A stretch of 64,000 nt of DNA from Candidatus Saccharimonadales bacterium (lineage in GTDB: Bacteria > Patescibacteriota > Saccharimonadia > Saccharimonadales > JANWIN01). Below are positions 20,109 through 30,040 of this stretch, in pieces (within the stretch, counting starts at the first letter, position 1; the number at the start of each line of letters is the position of its first letter). Location: positions 21,506-85,505 of the forward strand of contig JBBRLY010000016.1 in assembly GCA_038231155.1 (NCBI GenBank), in the 5' to 3' direction. Below the pieces are notes generated by a model, which saw nothing but the letters and a program-made list of their open reading frames with translations, was not told where the DNA came from and did not search any database. A program made the position numbers and the translations under genes.

Positions 20109-22244
20109 CTAAACTTTTTCAAGTGGCGCAAAGGTCAAGTTTAGTTTTTTAATGACACGGTCATTGAATTGAATAGTAACTTCTTCACCGCTAATGTCTA
20201 GTACTGTGCCAATTCCAAATAAACTGTGACGGACACCATCACCGGTTTCCAGTTCCGGTATGTAACGCAGTTCATTGGAATCGATAGTACTGGTTTGAAA
20301 ATTATCTGATAACACTGACTCGGTAGCATGTTGTGGTTCAAAGTCAGATAAAAAACGGCTAGGCGGGTTGTGTTGTAAACCGCCGTAGATCATTCTGGAG
20401 GCCGCCGATATTAGGTAAAGCTCTTGTTTGGCCCTGGTCATTCCGACATAACATAGCCGGCGTTCCTCTTCCATTTCCGATTGGTCGTAAAGTGACCGTG
20501 AATGAGGAAATATTGTTTCTTCCATACCGGTCATAAATACTACTGGAAACTCTAGTCCCTTAGCAGCATGCAGAGTCATTAATGTCACAACGTCACTGCC
20601 AAACTCGACGTTATCTAAATCACTAACTAAGGAAACTTCTTCTAAAAATCCAGCCAAGCCCTGATCCTGATATTCCCTAGCTACGCTAATAAGTTCGCGG
20701 ACGTTTTCCTGGCGGCTTTCGGCTTGCGGTGTGCCATCATCAAGGTAATCCATGTAATTAAGTCGTCGAATAAGTGCATCAACTAAAGCCGGCACGGGCG
20801 CTTCAATCATCACTTCGCGCATACTGTTTAAAATTTCAGTTAAGTTTTCTAGGGCCGCATTAGCTTTAGTAGTTAATTCTGGACATTCACTGGCTGATTC
20901 TAGAGCTTGGTCTAAACTTAGTCCAGTCATAAATTGCCAAGCTAAAAAGTTTTGCAAAGATTTCCTGCCGATACCGCGGGTTGGTACATTAACAATCCGT
21001 TCAAAACTTATCCGGTCATTTGGCTGATAAATAAGTCGAAGGTAGGCCATTATGTCCTTAATTTCCTTACGTTCATAGAAGCGCACTCCACCAACAATGT
21101 GATAAGGTATACCGTAGCGCACAAATGATTCTTCAAGCGCCCGGCTTTGGGCATTGGTCCGATATAAAACGGCAAAGTCTTTATAGGACCATGAACCGAT
21201 GTCAACGGACATTTGGATGCGCCTGACAATTGATTCGCCTTCAGCTCGTTCTGATTGAACTTGAAGTACTTGAACTGGTAAACCATCTCCGGCTTTGGTC
21301 CATAGCTTTTTATCGGAGCGCTGGGCATTTTTAGTAATTACGGCTTGGGCAGCATCCAGTATGTGCTTGGTAGAGCGGTAGTTTTGTTCTAATTTTATGA
21401 CGATAGCGTCCGGATAATCTTTTTCAAAATTTAAAATATTTCTAAAATCTGCACCTCTGAACCGAAAGATCGATTGCCAATCATCACCTACGACTGCGAT
21501 ATTTTTGTCGTTACTGGTCAATAATTTAATTAGCTGGTACTGGGCAGTATTTGTATCTTGGTATTCGTCAATCATGATGTATTTAAACTGAGTCTGCCAT
21601 TTCTGTCTTACCTCTTGGTGGTTTTTTAGTAGTTGGACTGTTTTAGCTATTAAGTCGTCAAAGTCTAATGCTGAATTTTCTTTAAGCAACTTTTCATAGT
21701 GCGGAAAAACTTGGGCGGCAGTATGTTCTGCCGGTGAGTTGGCTAAACCAGTGTAACGTTCTGGTGTAATCATTTCATTTTTAGCACTGCTAATCAGCCC
21801 ACTAAGTAGGCGCGGTGGAAAGGCTTTTTCGTCAATATGCAGCTGCTTACTAACTTGTTTAACAGTCGATAGTCTATCTTGTTCATCATATATTATAAAT
21901 GTTCTAGGAATAGCAGCGTATTCCCCATCTTGGCGTAAAATCCGTACACAAATACTGTGAAAAGTTCCAAGAAATGGCATAAAGGCTCGGTTTTGAGAAT
22001 TTTGACCTAGTAGCTTCGCCACCCGTTCGCGCATTTCACCAGCAGCTTTATTGGTAAATGTTACTGCTAAAATATTGGGTGGACTGGCCAAGCCCGTTTC
22101 TATAATATGGGCAATGCGGTGCGTTAAGGCCTTAGTTTTACCGCTGCCAGCACCGGCCAATATTAATAAAGGCCCTTCAGTAGTTTGAACAGCCCGATTT
22201 TGTTCGCTGTTAAGACCGTCCAATAAGCTATTTGTCACCATCAC
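20109..22244 (-). CDS. pcrA: ATP-dependent DNA helicase PcrA/UvrD.
   Basis: Walker A GAGSGKT, the Q-motif, and the UvrD helicase motifs are present. Confidence 0.9.
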   Translation of the reverse strand: MMVTNSLLDGLNSEQNRAVQTTEGPLLILAGAGSGKTKALTHRIAHIIETGLASPPNILAVTFTNKAAGEMRERVAKLLGQNSQNRAFMPFLGTFHSICVRILRQDGEYAAIPRTFIIYDEQDRLSTVKQVSKQLHIDEKAFPPRLLSGLISSAKNEMITPERYTGLANSPAEHTAAQVFPHYEKLLKENSALDFDDLIAKTVQLLKNHQEVRQKWQTQFKYIMIDEYQDTNTAQYQLIKLLTSNDKNIAVVGDDWQSIFRFRGADFRNILNFEKDYPDAIVIKLEQNYRSTKHILDAAQAVITKNAQRSDKKLWTKAGDGLPVQVLQVQSERAEGESIVRRIQMSVDIGSWSYKDFAVLYRTNAQSRALEESFVRYGIPYHIVGGVRFYERKEIKDIMAYLRLIYQPNDRISFERIVNVPTRGIGRKSLQNFLAWQFMTGLSLDQALESASECPELTTKANAALENLTEILNSMREVMIEAPVPALVDALIRRLNYMDYLDDGTPQAESRQENVRELISVAREYQDQGLAGFLEEVSLVSDLDNVEFGSDVVTLMTLHAAKGLEFPVVFMTGMEETIFPHSRSLYDQSEMEEERRLCYVGMTRAKQELYLISAASRMIYGGLQHNPPSRFLSDFEPQHATESVLSDNFQTSTIDSNELRYIPELETGDGVRHSLFGIGTVLDISGEEVTIQFNDRVIKKLNLTFAPLEKV

Positions 22245-22278
22245 ATTTTAACAGAGCAAGCTAAGTGCTTGATAGCTC

Positions 22279-22881
22279 TTAAGACATCATTATGAATAGT
22301 AGTATACCTATAACTACGGCTAACACTATTACAACTAACAATATACTTAAAGATTTCTTGCCAGATTTACCACTTATCGGTACAAAATACTGTTTTTCGG
22401 CAATTAGTTTTTCAATGGTTTGTTGTTTGGCGGTTGACTCTTGGGCGGTCTTATCATGGTTTTTTTGCTGCTCGGTTTGTTCGGCCACAGCTTTGACGCC
22501 GGCAGACTCGGAGATATTACTAGTTTCAGACTGAGCTTTTACTTCAGTTTCCGGCAGGTGGTCAGTTTTAGGCTGTGGTTTTAGATTTTCCGGGTCACTT
22601 AATGGTTCAATTTTAATAGTCGCCAGCGAAGGTTCTTTAGCAGGCTTTATAGGCACACCGGCTTCGGCATCAGCTGGACTACCAGATGGGCGATCTTCAC
22701 TATCGTGGCTCATTATATCGGTAGCTAGGATACCTCTTTTTATGACCATCGGGTCTTCTTTAAGCATATTTTTGTGGCCGACAATTACTGGACGGCCGCT
22801 AGCTTCAGCAACGGTTTTACCTGGTTTTGCGATGTCAAATATTTTTTTAGTTTTTTCGCCTTTATTGGCGTCAATTGTCAT
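22279..22881 (-). CDS. Hypothetical Pro/Glu-rich protein with a C-terminal TM anchor.
   Basis: An ORF. Confidence 0.35.
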   Translation of the reverse strand: MTIDANKGEKTKKIFDIAKPGKTVAEASGRPVIVGHKNMLKEDPMVIKRGILATDIMSHDSEDRPSGSPADAEAGVPIKPAKEPSLATIKIEPLSDPENLKPQPKTDHLPETEVKAQSETSNISESAGVKAVAEQTEQQKNHDKTAQESTAKQQTIEKLIAEKQYFVPISGKSGKKSLSILLVVIVLAVVIGILLFIMMS

Positions 22882-23686
22882 TTCCTAACCTTCTTTTGTC
22901 GGATTGCAGACGATCTGCGGCGTCAACAATTCCACTAAATTCCAGGTAATTTAAGCTAGCACCACCGACTAGTAGTCCGTTAATGCCTTCTAGTGCCATC
23001 AGTGAGTAAGCTGTTGAGGCGTTAGTACTGCCACCGTAAAGTACCCGGACAGTAGATGCCGCTTTTTCACCGTACAAGTGTCCAATATTTTTCCTAATAG
23101 CTGCTATGGAATTAATAATATCGTCGGGTTTAGGTATTTCGTGGTGTAAATAGTCGGTTCCATTACTTAAGGCCCAAACTGGTTCATAAGCAATAACTAG
23201 ATCTTTAATATTATCTGATGTGATGTTGGCTAAGGCTGAATTAATTTGATCATGCAACACCTGCATGCTTTCACCGTCTAGTTTTTCTTGTTTAGTTTCA
23301 CCGACACATAGAATTGGGATAATATCGTTACGGAAAGCGGCAGCCACTTTTTCTTTAATATCGGGGAGACCTTCGTTAAATTTGTAACGTCGATCAGAGT
23401 GTCCGACAATCACATAGTGCACTAAGTCCTGTAGCATTGTGAAACTAACTTCGCCGGTATAAGCACCTTCGTCTTTATAAAAGGCGTTTTGAGCAGCTAG
23501 TCGGAACTTGCGCCTATCTATCTGGAGGCTTAGTGGCTGAAGGGTTAACATACTCGGTGCCAGTACTACTTCGATATCATTGTGAATTTTAATGCGTTCT
23601 TGTAAACGGTGTACTAGTAAGCTAGCTTGAGCTGTATCCAAGTTCATTTTCCAGTTACCGATAATTAGGAGTCTTTTATCTGTCAT
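22871..23686 (-). CDS. tpiA: Triosephosphate isomerase.
   Basis: The motifs NWKMN, GHSDRR and AYEPVWA are present. Confidence 0.9.
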   Translation of the reverse strand: MTDKRLLIIGNWKMNLDTAQASLLVHRLQERIKIHNDIEVVLAPSMLTLQPLSLQIDRRKFRLAAQNAFYKDEGAYTGEVSFTMLQDLVHYVIVGHSDRRYKFNEGLPDIKEKVAAAFRNDIIPILCVGETKQEKLDGESMQVLHDQINSALANITSDNIKDLVIAYEPVWALSNGTDYLHHEIPKPDDIINSIAAIRKNIGHLYGEKAASTVRVLYGGSTNASTAYSLMALEGINGLLVGGASLNYLEFSGIVDAADRLQSDKRRLGNDN

Positions 23687-23710
23687 GCTACTTATGTTTA
23701 AAGTTTACCA

Positions 23711-24997
23711 TTATTTATCCTCAAGCGCTTCTACCCCAGGTAAGGGTTTGCCACACATTAGATCAAGTGAAGCCCCACCACCTGTGGAAACGTGATCAAA
23801 ATACTCTGTTTGTTGTTTATTCTCAATAAAGCTAGCGGTATCGCCACCACCGACCAGCGAATAAGGACGATGTCCTAATTTACCAGCTATGGCTTCGATA
23901 ACTAATTCTGTACCGTGAGCAAACGGACCAATTGGACCAACTACACCATCTAGTTCAGCTACACCCATGGTACCATTCCATACTACTGTATCGACCATTT
24001 GCAGGCCACCGGCAATAAAGGCCGCGCTTATTGGTCCAATGTCATAAATAGCTTCGTCGGCATGGATAGTACTGGCGGACCGCGGTGGCATTTTAGGATA
24101 ACTTTCAATGTCAGCGATAACATGGGCACCCCAATCAACCACTCTGGTAGTTACAGTTTTATCTAGTTTTTTGGCTACTACCCCGTCTTGGGGTAAGTAA
24201 AATACAAACCGCCTGGCCTTGGCTTTAGCATGGGCTCTGTCGATAATTTGATTAGCCAAGTGAACGTCTTCTTTATCGATTAAACTTTCACCTAGATCCA
24301 TGCCTCTGGCTAGTAAAAAGGTGTTGGCCATAGCACCGCCAATTACTACAAAGTCCGCCAAATCGACAAACTTAGTTAAAACATCAATTTTATCGGCAAT
24401 TTTGGCACCACCAATAATAGCCATTAAAGGACGTTTAGGCTTATCCATAACCTCTGTTATAGTATCGACTTCTTTTTCCAATAGTAGTCCAGCGACACTT
24501 GGTAAATGTTTGGTAATGGCACTGGTTGAAGCGTGTTTGCGATGGACAACACCAAATCCATCTTGGATGAATACTTCGGCTAATTTAGCTAATGCTTGGG
24601 CAAACTGATCATCATTGGCTTCTTCCTCAGAATGATAACGTAAATTTTCAAGAAGCAATATTTGTCTTGGTTGAAGAGCTTTTGCCAGACTTTCAGTCTC
24701 CGGGCCGATGCAGTCTGGGGCAAACTGAATATTTCGATCTAACAGTTTATTCAAATTAGCTACTACTGGTTTTAAACTAGCAGATTTATCATCTGGACCT
24801 TTAGGTCTTCCTAAATGAGAACAAATTACGATTTTACAATCTTGATCTAGTAAATATTCAAGAGTCGATTTTGATTGTTTAATTCTAAAGTCACCGGCAA
24901 CTTTACCGTCTTTTATCGGTACGTTATAGTCAGCTCGCAGTAAAACGGTTTTACCCTTGAGGTTTATATCTCGAATCGTTTTTTTAGTAAATGCCAC
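23711..24997 (-). CDS. pgk: Phosphoglycerate kinase.
   Basis: The N-terminal motif LLRADYNVP and the PGK fold pattern are present. Confidence 0.9.
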   Translation of the reverse strand: MAFTKKTIRDINLKGKTVLLRADYNVPIKDGKVAGDFRIKQSKSTLEYLLDQDCKIVICSHLGRPKGPDDKSASLKPVVANLNKLLDRNIQFAPDCIGPETESLAKALQPRQILLLENLRYHSEEEANDDQFAQALAKLAEVFIQDGFGVVHRKHASTSAITKHLPSVAGLLLEKEVDTITEVMDKPKRPLMAIIGGAKIADKIDVLTKFVDLADFVVIGGAMANTFLLARGMDLGESLIDKEDVHLANQIIDRAHAKAKARRFVFYLPQDGVVAKKLDKTVTTRVVDWGAHVIADIESYPKMPPRSASTIHADEAIYDIGPISAAFIAGGLQMVDTVVWNGTMGVAELDGVVGPIGPFAHGTELVIEAIAGKLGHRPYSLVGGGDTASFIENKQQTEYFDHVSTGGGASLDLMCGKPLPGVEALEDK

Positions 24998-25024
24998 TTA
25001 GTTTATGTCCCACCTTTAAGGTCA

Positions 25025-26458
25025 TTATAGTATACGCACTTTAATCGTGTCAGTACTGCCGACAACTCCTGGGTACTGGCCATATACAGAAACTACGATA
25101 TCGCCTTTTTTAAGAACTTTGTTAGACTTTAACCAATCTGTTAATTTACCACTGGAATTTTTATCGGCTGGCCGGACATAGCTTTTGGTACCGTAGACAA
25201 TTGATAGCTGCTGTGATGTTCGCTTATCCGGAGTAACAGCAATAATTGCTATTTCCGGACGGAAAGAAGCTAATTCATGTGTTGTGGCGCCGGATTTAGT
25301 TTCAGCCACAATAGCGCTGGCATTTACATTTTTAGCTAATTCAATAATGGCAGACGAAATAGTCGATTGGCGAGTGTGCTCATGCGGATCGCGGCGGTAG
25401 CCTACCTTAATTGGATTATTTTCTTCGGTATATTTAATAACCCGTTTCATGTAATTAACTGATTCAATCGGGTAACGTCCGTTAGCGGTTTCGTCACTCA
25501 GCATTACGGCATCGGTGCTTAAAATTACAGCTGTAGCCACATCCGATACTTCAGCCCGACTCGGTTCCGGAGTCTCGGTCATACTGGAAAGCATCTGGGT
25601 GGCAACGATTGTCGGCTTAGCATATCTAAGACCCAACCTAATAATATTACGCTGGACAATTGGTACAGCTTCCGGTTCGGTTTCAATGGCCAAATCGCCT
25701 CTAGCAATCATAATGACATCGGCAGCTTGGACTATTTCCTCGATGTTAGCGACAGCCGCAGCAGTTTCAATCTTAGCGATAATCCGTGCTTTGCTGCCGT
25801 AGCCTTTCATAAGTTTTCGGAGGTGTTCAATATCGGCTGCTGATTGAATAAAACTAAGAGCTACGTAGTCGATATCTTGCTCTGAACCAAAGGTTATATC
25901 CTGACGATCTTTGGCGGTAATAATGTCACCGGATAAATCTGTATCCGGCAAGTTAATACTTTTACGTTTTAGAAGTATGCCATCATTTTGGGCTAGAACA
26001 TGTACAATGCCGCTATTGACACTGCTGACGATGGTTCGGATTCGGCCATCACATAAATACAGACGTTCACCGCGCTTAACGTATTTAGAAAGATCATACT
26101 GGGTTGGAATAATATTACTGCGTTCAAAGTCGGCGTTATAACCAAAGCGCAAATCCTGATTGGTATTAACATTTATAATGCCTTCAAAGTCACCAAGTCG
26201 GATTTTAGGACCTTGCAAATCCTGAATGATTGCCACTGGTTTAGATAACTCATGGCTTGCTTGCCTGATCCATTTTAGCTGCTGCAGACGCTCTTCATTA
26301 TTACCATGGCTAAAGTTCAACCTAAGACCATTGACTCCCTGTTTGATCATTGTCTCAATTGATAGATAATCATTTGTCGACGGTCCAACAGTCGCAATTA
26401 TTTTTGTGCGTTTGAACTTATTCAGCGGCACATCCGGTGCCCTTGATGTGTTATCCAT
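25025..26458 (-). CDS. pyk: Pyruvate kinase.
   Basis: The motifs TKIIATVGP and LNFSHG are present. Confidence 0.9.
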   Translation of the reverse strand: MDNTSRAPDVPLNKFKRTKIIATVGPSTNDYLSIETMIKQGVNGLRLNFSHGNNEERLQQLKWIRQASHELSKPVAIIQDLQGPKIRLGDFEGIINVNTNQDLRFGYNADFERSNIIPTQYDLSKYVKRGERLYLCDGRIRTIVSSVNSGIVHVLAQNDGILLKRKSINLPDTDLSGDIITAKDRQDITFGSEQDIDYVALSFIQSAADIEHLRKLMKGYGSKARIIAKIETAAAVANIEEIVQAADVIMIARGDLAIETEPEAVPIVQRNIIRLGLRYAKPTIVATQMLSSMTETPEPSRAEVSDVATAVILSTDAVMLSDETANGRYPIESVNYMKRVIKYTEENNPIKVGYRRDPHEHTRQSTISSAIIELAKNVNASAIVAETKSGATTHELASFRPEIAIIAVTPDKRTSQQLSIVYGTKSYVRPADKNSSGKLTDWLKSNKVLKKGDIVVSVYGQYPGVVGSTDTIKVRIL

Positions 26459-26529
26459 ATTCTCTTAATAATTTTACTTGCTAAAGATTAGATTAGCTAG
26501 CCTGCCGAAACCTAATCTACCTAAGGTGC

Positions 26530-26557
26530 AGAATAGACCATCGCGATGGTTCTATCT
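26530..26557. promoter_or_regulatory. 28-bp near-perfect palindrome (core accatcgcgatggt) located 72 bp upstream of pyk.
   Basis: The palindrome is read directly from the sequence. Confidence 0.4.
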
Positions 26558-26771
26558 CAAATCCAACTAACAGATCATTTGCTTAATAATATGTGCCACC
26601 CACTACATATATATGTATATAGGAAACAACTAGCCTAAAACAACCTAAATTATATTAACCTTATTTCAATGAAATTTTACTTGTTTGGCATAAGTTTAGC
26701 CAGTTAATTAAAATTAGTTACAATCGCTCGTATAGTATCACTGTAGCATCAAAGCACATCTGTTATCATAA

Positions 26772-27581
26772 TACTATGAAAGCCGAGGCGTTAAATCTGA
26801 GAAAACTAGAATTCAATATAACTCAATCGAAGCTATAAATTACCCGAGGGATTTTATAAACAGAGTAGTTTGTGGTGATGCCGTAAAAGTTATAAAAAAA
26901 ATACCAACCGGATCTGTGAATTTGGTAATTACATCGCCACCGTATAATTTAAAAAACTCTACCTGTGATGGCATGAAAGACGGAAGAGGTGGTAAATGGG
27001 CTAATGCAGCTTTACAAAATGGTTATACGCATCATGAAGATTCAATGCCTCATAATGAGTATGTGAAGTGGCAACGTAGCTGTCTAAAGGAAGTGATGCG
27101 CACTCTTTCAGAGGATGGAGCGATTTTTTACAACCATTAATGGCGCGTTCAAGGTGGAATGTTACAAGACCGTTCAGATATAGTTAAGGGTTTTCCTGTA
27201 AGGCAAATAATCATTTGGAAGCGCAAAGGCGGTTTTAACTTTAATACGGTATATTTTTTACCAACGTACGAAGTTATTTATATGATCGCTAAGCCAAAGT
27301 TTAAGCTAATCCCTAAAGCCAACGCTTATGGTGACATCTGGGAGTTTACGCAGGAAATGAACAATGACCATCCAGCACCGTTTCCACTGAAACTGATAGA
27401 CAGAATCGTATCGTCAACAAATGCCAAGTTAATGCTTGACCCTTTTATCGGCTCAGGTACAACGGCTATTTCAGTTTTCAATCATGGTCGTGATTACATT
27501 GGGATAGATATATCACCTGAGTACTGCAATAAGGCGGAGAAAAGAATTATTAAAGAAACCTCTCAGGTCAAATTGATATGA
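26772..27581 (+). pseudogene. Disrupted beta-class (N4/N6) DNA methyltransferase.
   Basis: The motif order matches a beta-class DNA methyltransferase: SPPY (motif IV), HPAPFP, then DPFIGSGTT (motif I). The frame is interrupted by TAA at 27138-27140 (...FYNH*WRVQGGMLQD...). The conserved N-terminus (VVCGDAVKVIKKIPTGSVNLVITSPPY) has no in-frame ATG, and the nearest ATG (26776) is in another frame. Confidence 0.7.
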
Positions 27582-27659
27582 GTAACCCTCAGCCCCTGAC
27601 TTATACTAAAGAAGCACTAATCAAGATATTAAAAGAAATTTCAGTTCAAGACTGGCCTT

Positions 27660-27700
27660 TGAAAAGGTCAAAGGGGAATCGAACTTTTAACTTCTTAGGC
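27660..27700 (-). repeat. Partial duplicate of the tRNA-Glu T-arm region (gttcgattcccctttgacc).
   Basis: A ~16-18 nt match to the tRNA-Glu T-stem/loop lies 66 bp from the intact tRNA. It is a possible att remnant. Confidence 0.4.
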
Positions 27701-27750
27701 TTTTCAATATAAATAAACCTCTGCAAAAAAATACAGAGGTAAATGTACTT

Positions 27751-27825
27751 TGGTGACCTCAAGGGGAATCGAACCCCTATTGCCAGGATGAAAACCTGGT
27801 GTCCTAACCGTTAGACGATGAGGCC
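27751..27825 (-). tRNA. tRNA-Glu (anticodon UUC).
   Basis: A 75-nt cloverleaf is present with the T-arm GGTTCGATTCCCC and an encoded CCA. Confidence 0.85.
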
Positions 27826-28000
27826 TTACTAACTTCAAAACAATAGCATATACAGGGGCGATAATAAAATCCCCGTGCCTATAATGACACGGGGATTTAC
27901 GAGTTGTTTGAGCGGTCAGTCATCCGCACATTAGCGGACTCGCTTCATGACTTACCGTAGCACATATTTGCTTATTTTACTAGCTCTTTATCCACAGGTC

Positions 28001-29560
28001 TTAGCGACCGCGGCGGGAAAGCCATTTGCGGTGTAAGAATGCGCCAGCTAGTGAAGTGCCAGTAAAGACACCTAACACATCACCAGGACCGGTATTTACC
28101 AGTTTGGTGGGAGTTGTTGGAGGTGTAATAGTAGTCGAAGCAAAACTTACTGTGCTTGCACATTTATCGCTATCGACAGTCTGAACTTTACCGTTGACAT
28201 CAAAGTTTGTGGTTACATGAACATTGAAGTCACCGACATTAGCAAAGGTGTGTTCTACTGGGTTTTGGTCAGTTAATAGTGGGGCGGTACCGTCACCAAA
28301 GTTATATGAAAAACTTGTAACTTTAGCGCCGTTAATGGCAGTAGTATTAACGTTAACCCGGATCTGACGATCACCTATAGTTGTAATAGTTGCACTATCA
28401 CAGCTGAAGGCTGGGTTTTGTGGTTTTTTACATTCTGGACCATTTACATTAACATTTGCGGTATCGTTAACTGTACCTTGTCCACTAGGCGTAACAAAAG
28501 CTTCGTTAGTGAACTGTTTTGTACCACAATCCATATCTTTTGAAGCAGGTGTTTTAGTTTTAAGTAAAACAAATGCGTTACTGTTTGGATTGTAGGTACC
28601 AATATTTACGTTTACCTGACGACCGTTGGCTTGAATTGAGCTATCTGAAACTGTAAAGCCGTTAGGGCTATTGGTGTTGTAAAGCTTTACGCTACCAGGT
28701 ACTACGGTTAAACCGTTAGGTACTTGGTCAAGTACGGTTACGTTACCAAGCTGAGTACTACCAGTGTTATTGAAGGCAATACGCCATTCAACAGTTTGGT
28801 CAGGATTGGCAGTTACAGACTTTTTCCAGTCGTTAGAAGTTTGACCTTCAAAGCGTACGGCTTTAGTAACACTAAAGCTGGGTTTATGTACTTTAACTTT
28901 TATAGTTACGATACTAGAGAAGTTAAAACATCCAGGCACAATGCCATCTAGTTTGTTAAAACCGATGGGTGCACCTGTGGATACTATACTGTCACTTAGT
29001 TTCATACCAGTAGGTACAGCATTTGTGTACTGTACGGCAGAACCATTTTCGTAAGTTAAGTTAAAGTTACCATTGCTACCAAGATTTATAGTGTCGGCAA
29101 CTTCAGCTGGTGAAGCGTTAGAAGCACTAATGTAAGCGTTGGCACGCAATGCGTTAGCGTTTGCTGTTGGTAAGAATATGCGAACTTTGGTATCTTTAGC
29201 GACACCTTTACCGTCAAAGTTTGTACCATTTAAATTGTCAGCCGCATCATTGTGAACATACATGCGAAGTAACAAGTCTTGGCCATCTTTAAGGTTATTT
29301 ACAGTGTGGCTAAAGCCATTTGGTTGGGTGTTAGCAGCATCTTTGACTTCAAAGAATGCTCGTTCGTCACCTTCATCGGGGTTGTTTGTTATTGAGTCGA
29401 ACGTTACATGGTCAGAGGGTATCTGAACCGTGTAAGTGGGTCGGTTTGGAAACCAGGCGCGGGCCGCGCTAGTTACGCCTAAAATGGCGGCTATCAAGGC
29501 TACGGCTATAAGACCCTTTTTGGGCAAAACTTTAAAGATCTGCCTTAAAACATCTTTCAT
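28001..29560 (-). CDS. Large cell-surface protein with a signal peptide and a C-terminal sortase-type sorting signal.
   Basis: The C-terminus reads LVNTG + hydrophobic stretch + basic tail HRKWLSRRGR. The body is Thr/Asn/Val-rich and beta-rich. Confidence 0.55.
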   Translation of the reverse strand: MKDVLRQIFKVLPKKGLIAVALIAAILGVTSAARAWFPNRPTYTVQIPSDHVTFDSITNNPDEGDERAFFEVKDAANTQPNGFSHTVNNLKDGQDLLLRMYVHNDAADNLNGTNFDGKGVAKDTKVRIFLPTANANALRANAYISASNASPAEVADTINLGSNGNFNLTYENGSAVQYTNAVPTGMKLSDSIVSTGAPIGFNKLDGIVPGCFNFSSIVTIKVKVHKPSFSVTKAVRFEGQTSNDWKKSVTANPDQTVEWRIAFNNTGSTQLGNVTVLDQVPNGLTVVPGSVKLYNTNSPNGFTVSDSSIQANGRQVNVNIGTYNPNSNAFVLLKTKTPASKDMDCGTKQFTNEAFVTPSGQGTVNDTANVNVNGPECKKPQNPAFSCDSATITTIGDRQIRVNVNTTAINGAKVTSFSYNFGDGTAPLLTDQNPVEHTFANVGDFNVHVTTNFDVNGKVQTVDSDKCASTVSFASTTITPPTTPTKLVNTGPGDVLGVFTGTSLAGAFLHRKWLSRRGR

Positions 29561-30040
29561 ATGACCTCCTATATAGAGATTCATTAATTAAATTAAAAAA
29601 TTGTAATTGTTTGCTAAAAATATTTGTAAATTGTTAACGAACAATAACTGTCAAAGCCTCGCCTCTTATTGCGAACCCACCTTCACAGTTAATACATATT
29701 TTAGCACTACTATTACGATATGTCAATATTATGGTAATGTTTAATTGTTAAAGAACTGGCAAGTCAAATCATTACAAATCATAAACTTGGATTGCAGGTA
29801 TGGAATTGATTTGCGCGTTAGCGCGTGTCGCCGAAGCAACAATCAAATCCACACCTGCGGCGTGACTACATTGGGAAGGAATCGCCAGGCGACTCGACTT
29901 ATTACCCTAAACGAGCTGGTTTTTCTTGGCTTACCCAAGCGGCTTAACCAGCAACCTGCTGTCAGATTTATTAGCATGATAAACATGCAAGCACTGACAG
30001 GTGCTCTTTCTCCACCCGCTCGAGGACCTACTCCTTCTCC

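Noticed and set aside
21050-21328. A 92 aa ORF on the minus strand.
   Set aside because: It is embedded out of frame inside the pcrA/uvrD coding region, so it is spurious.
26772-27581. Stop-codon reassignment (TAA or TAG read through as sense) as the explanation for the in-frame stops in the methyltransferase and the 56293 ORF.
   Set aside because: All confidently identified housekeeping genes in the window terminate at TAA or TAG at the expected positions relative to homologs, so the standard code applies. Pseudogenes or sequencing errors are more parsimonious.
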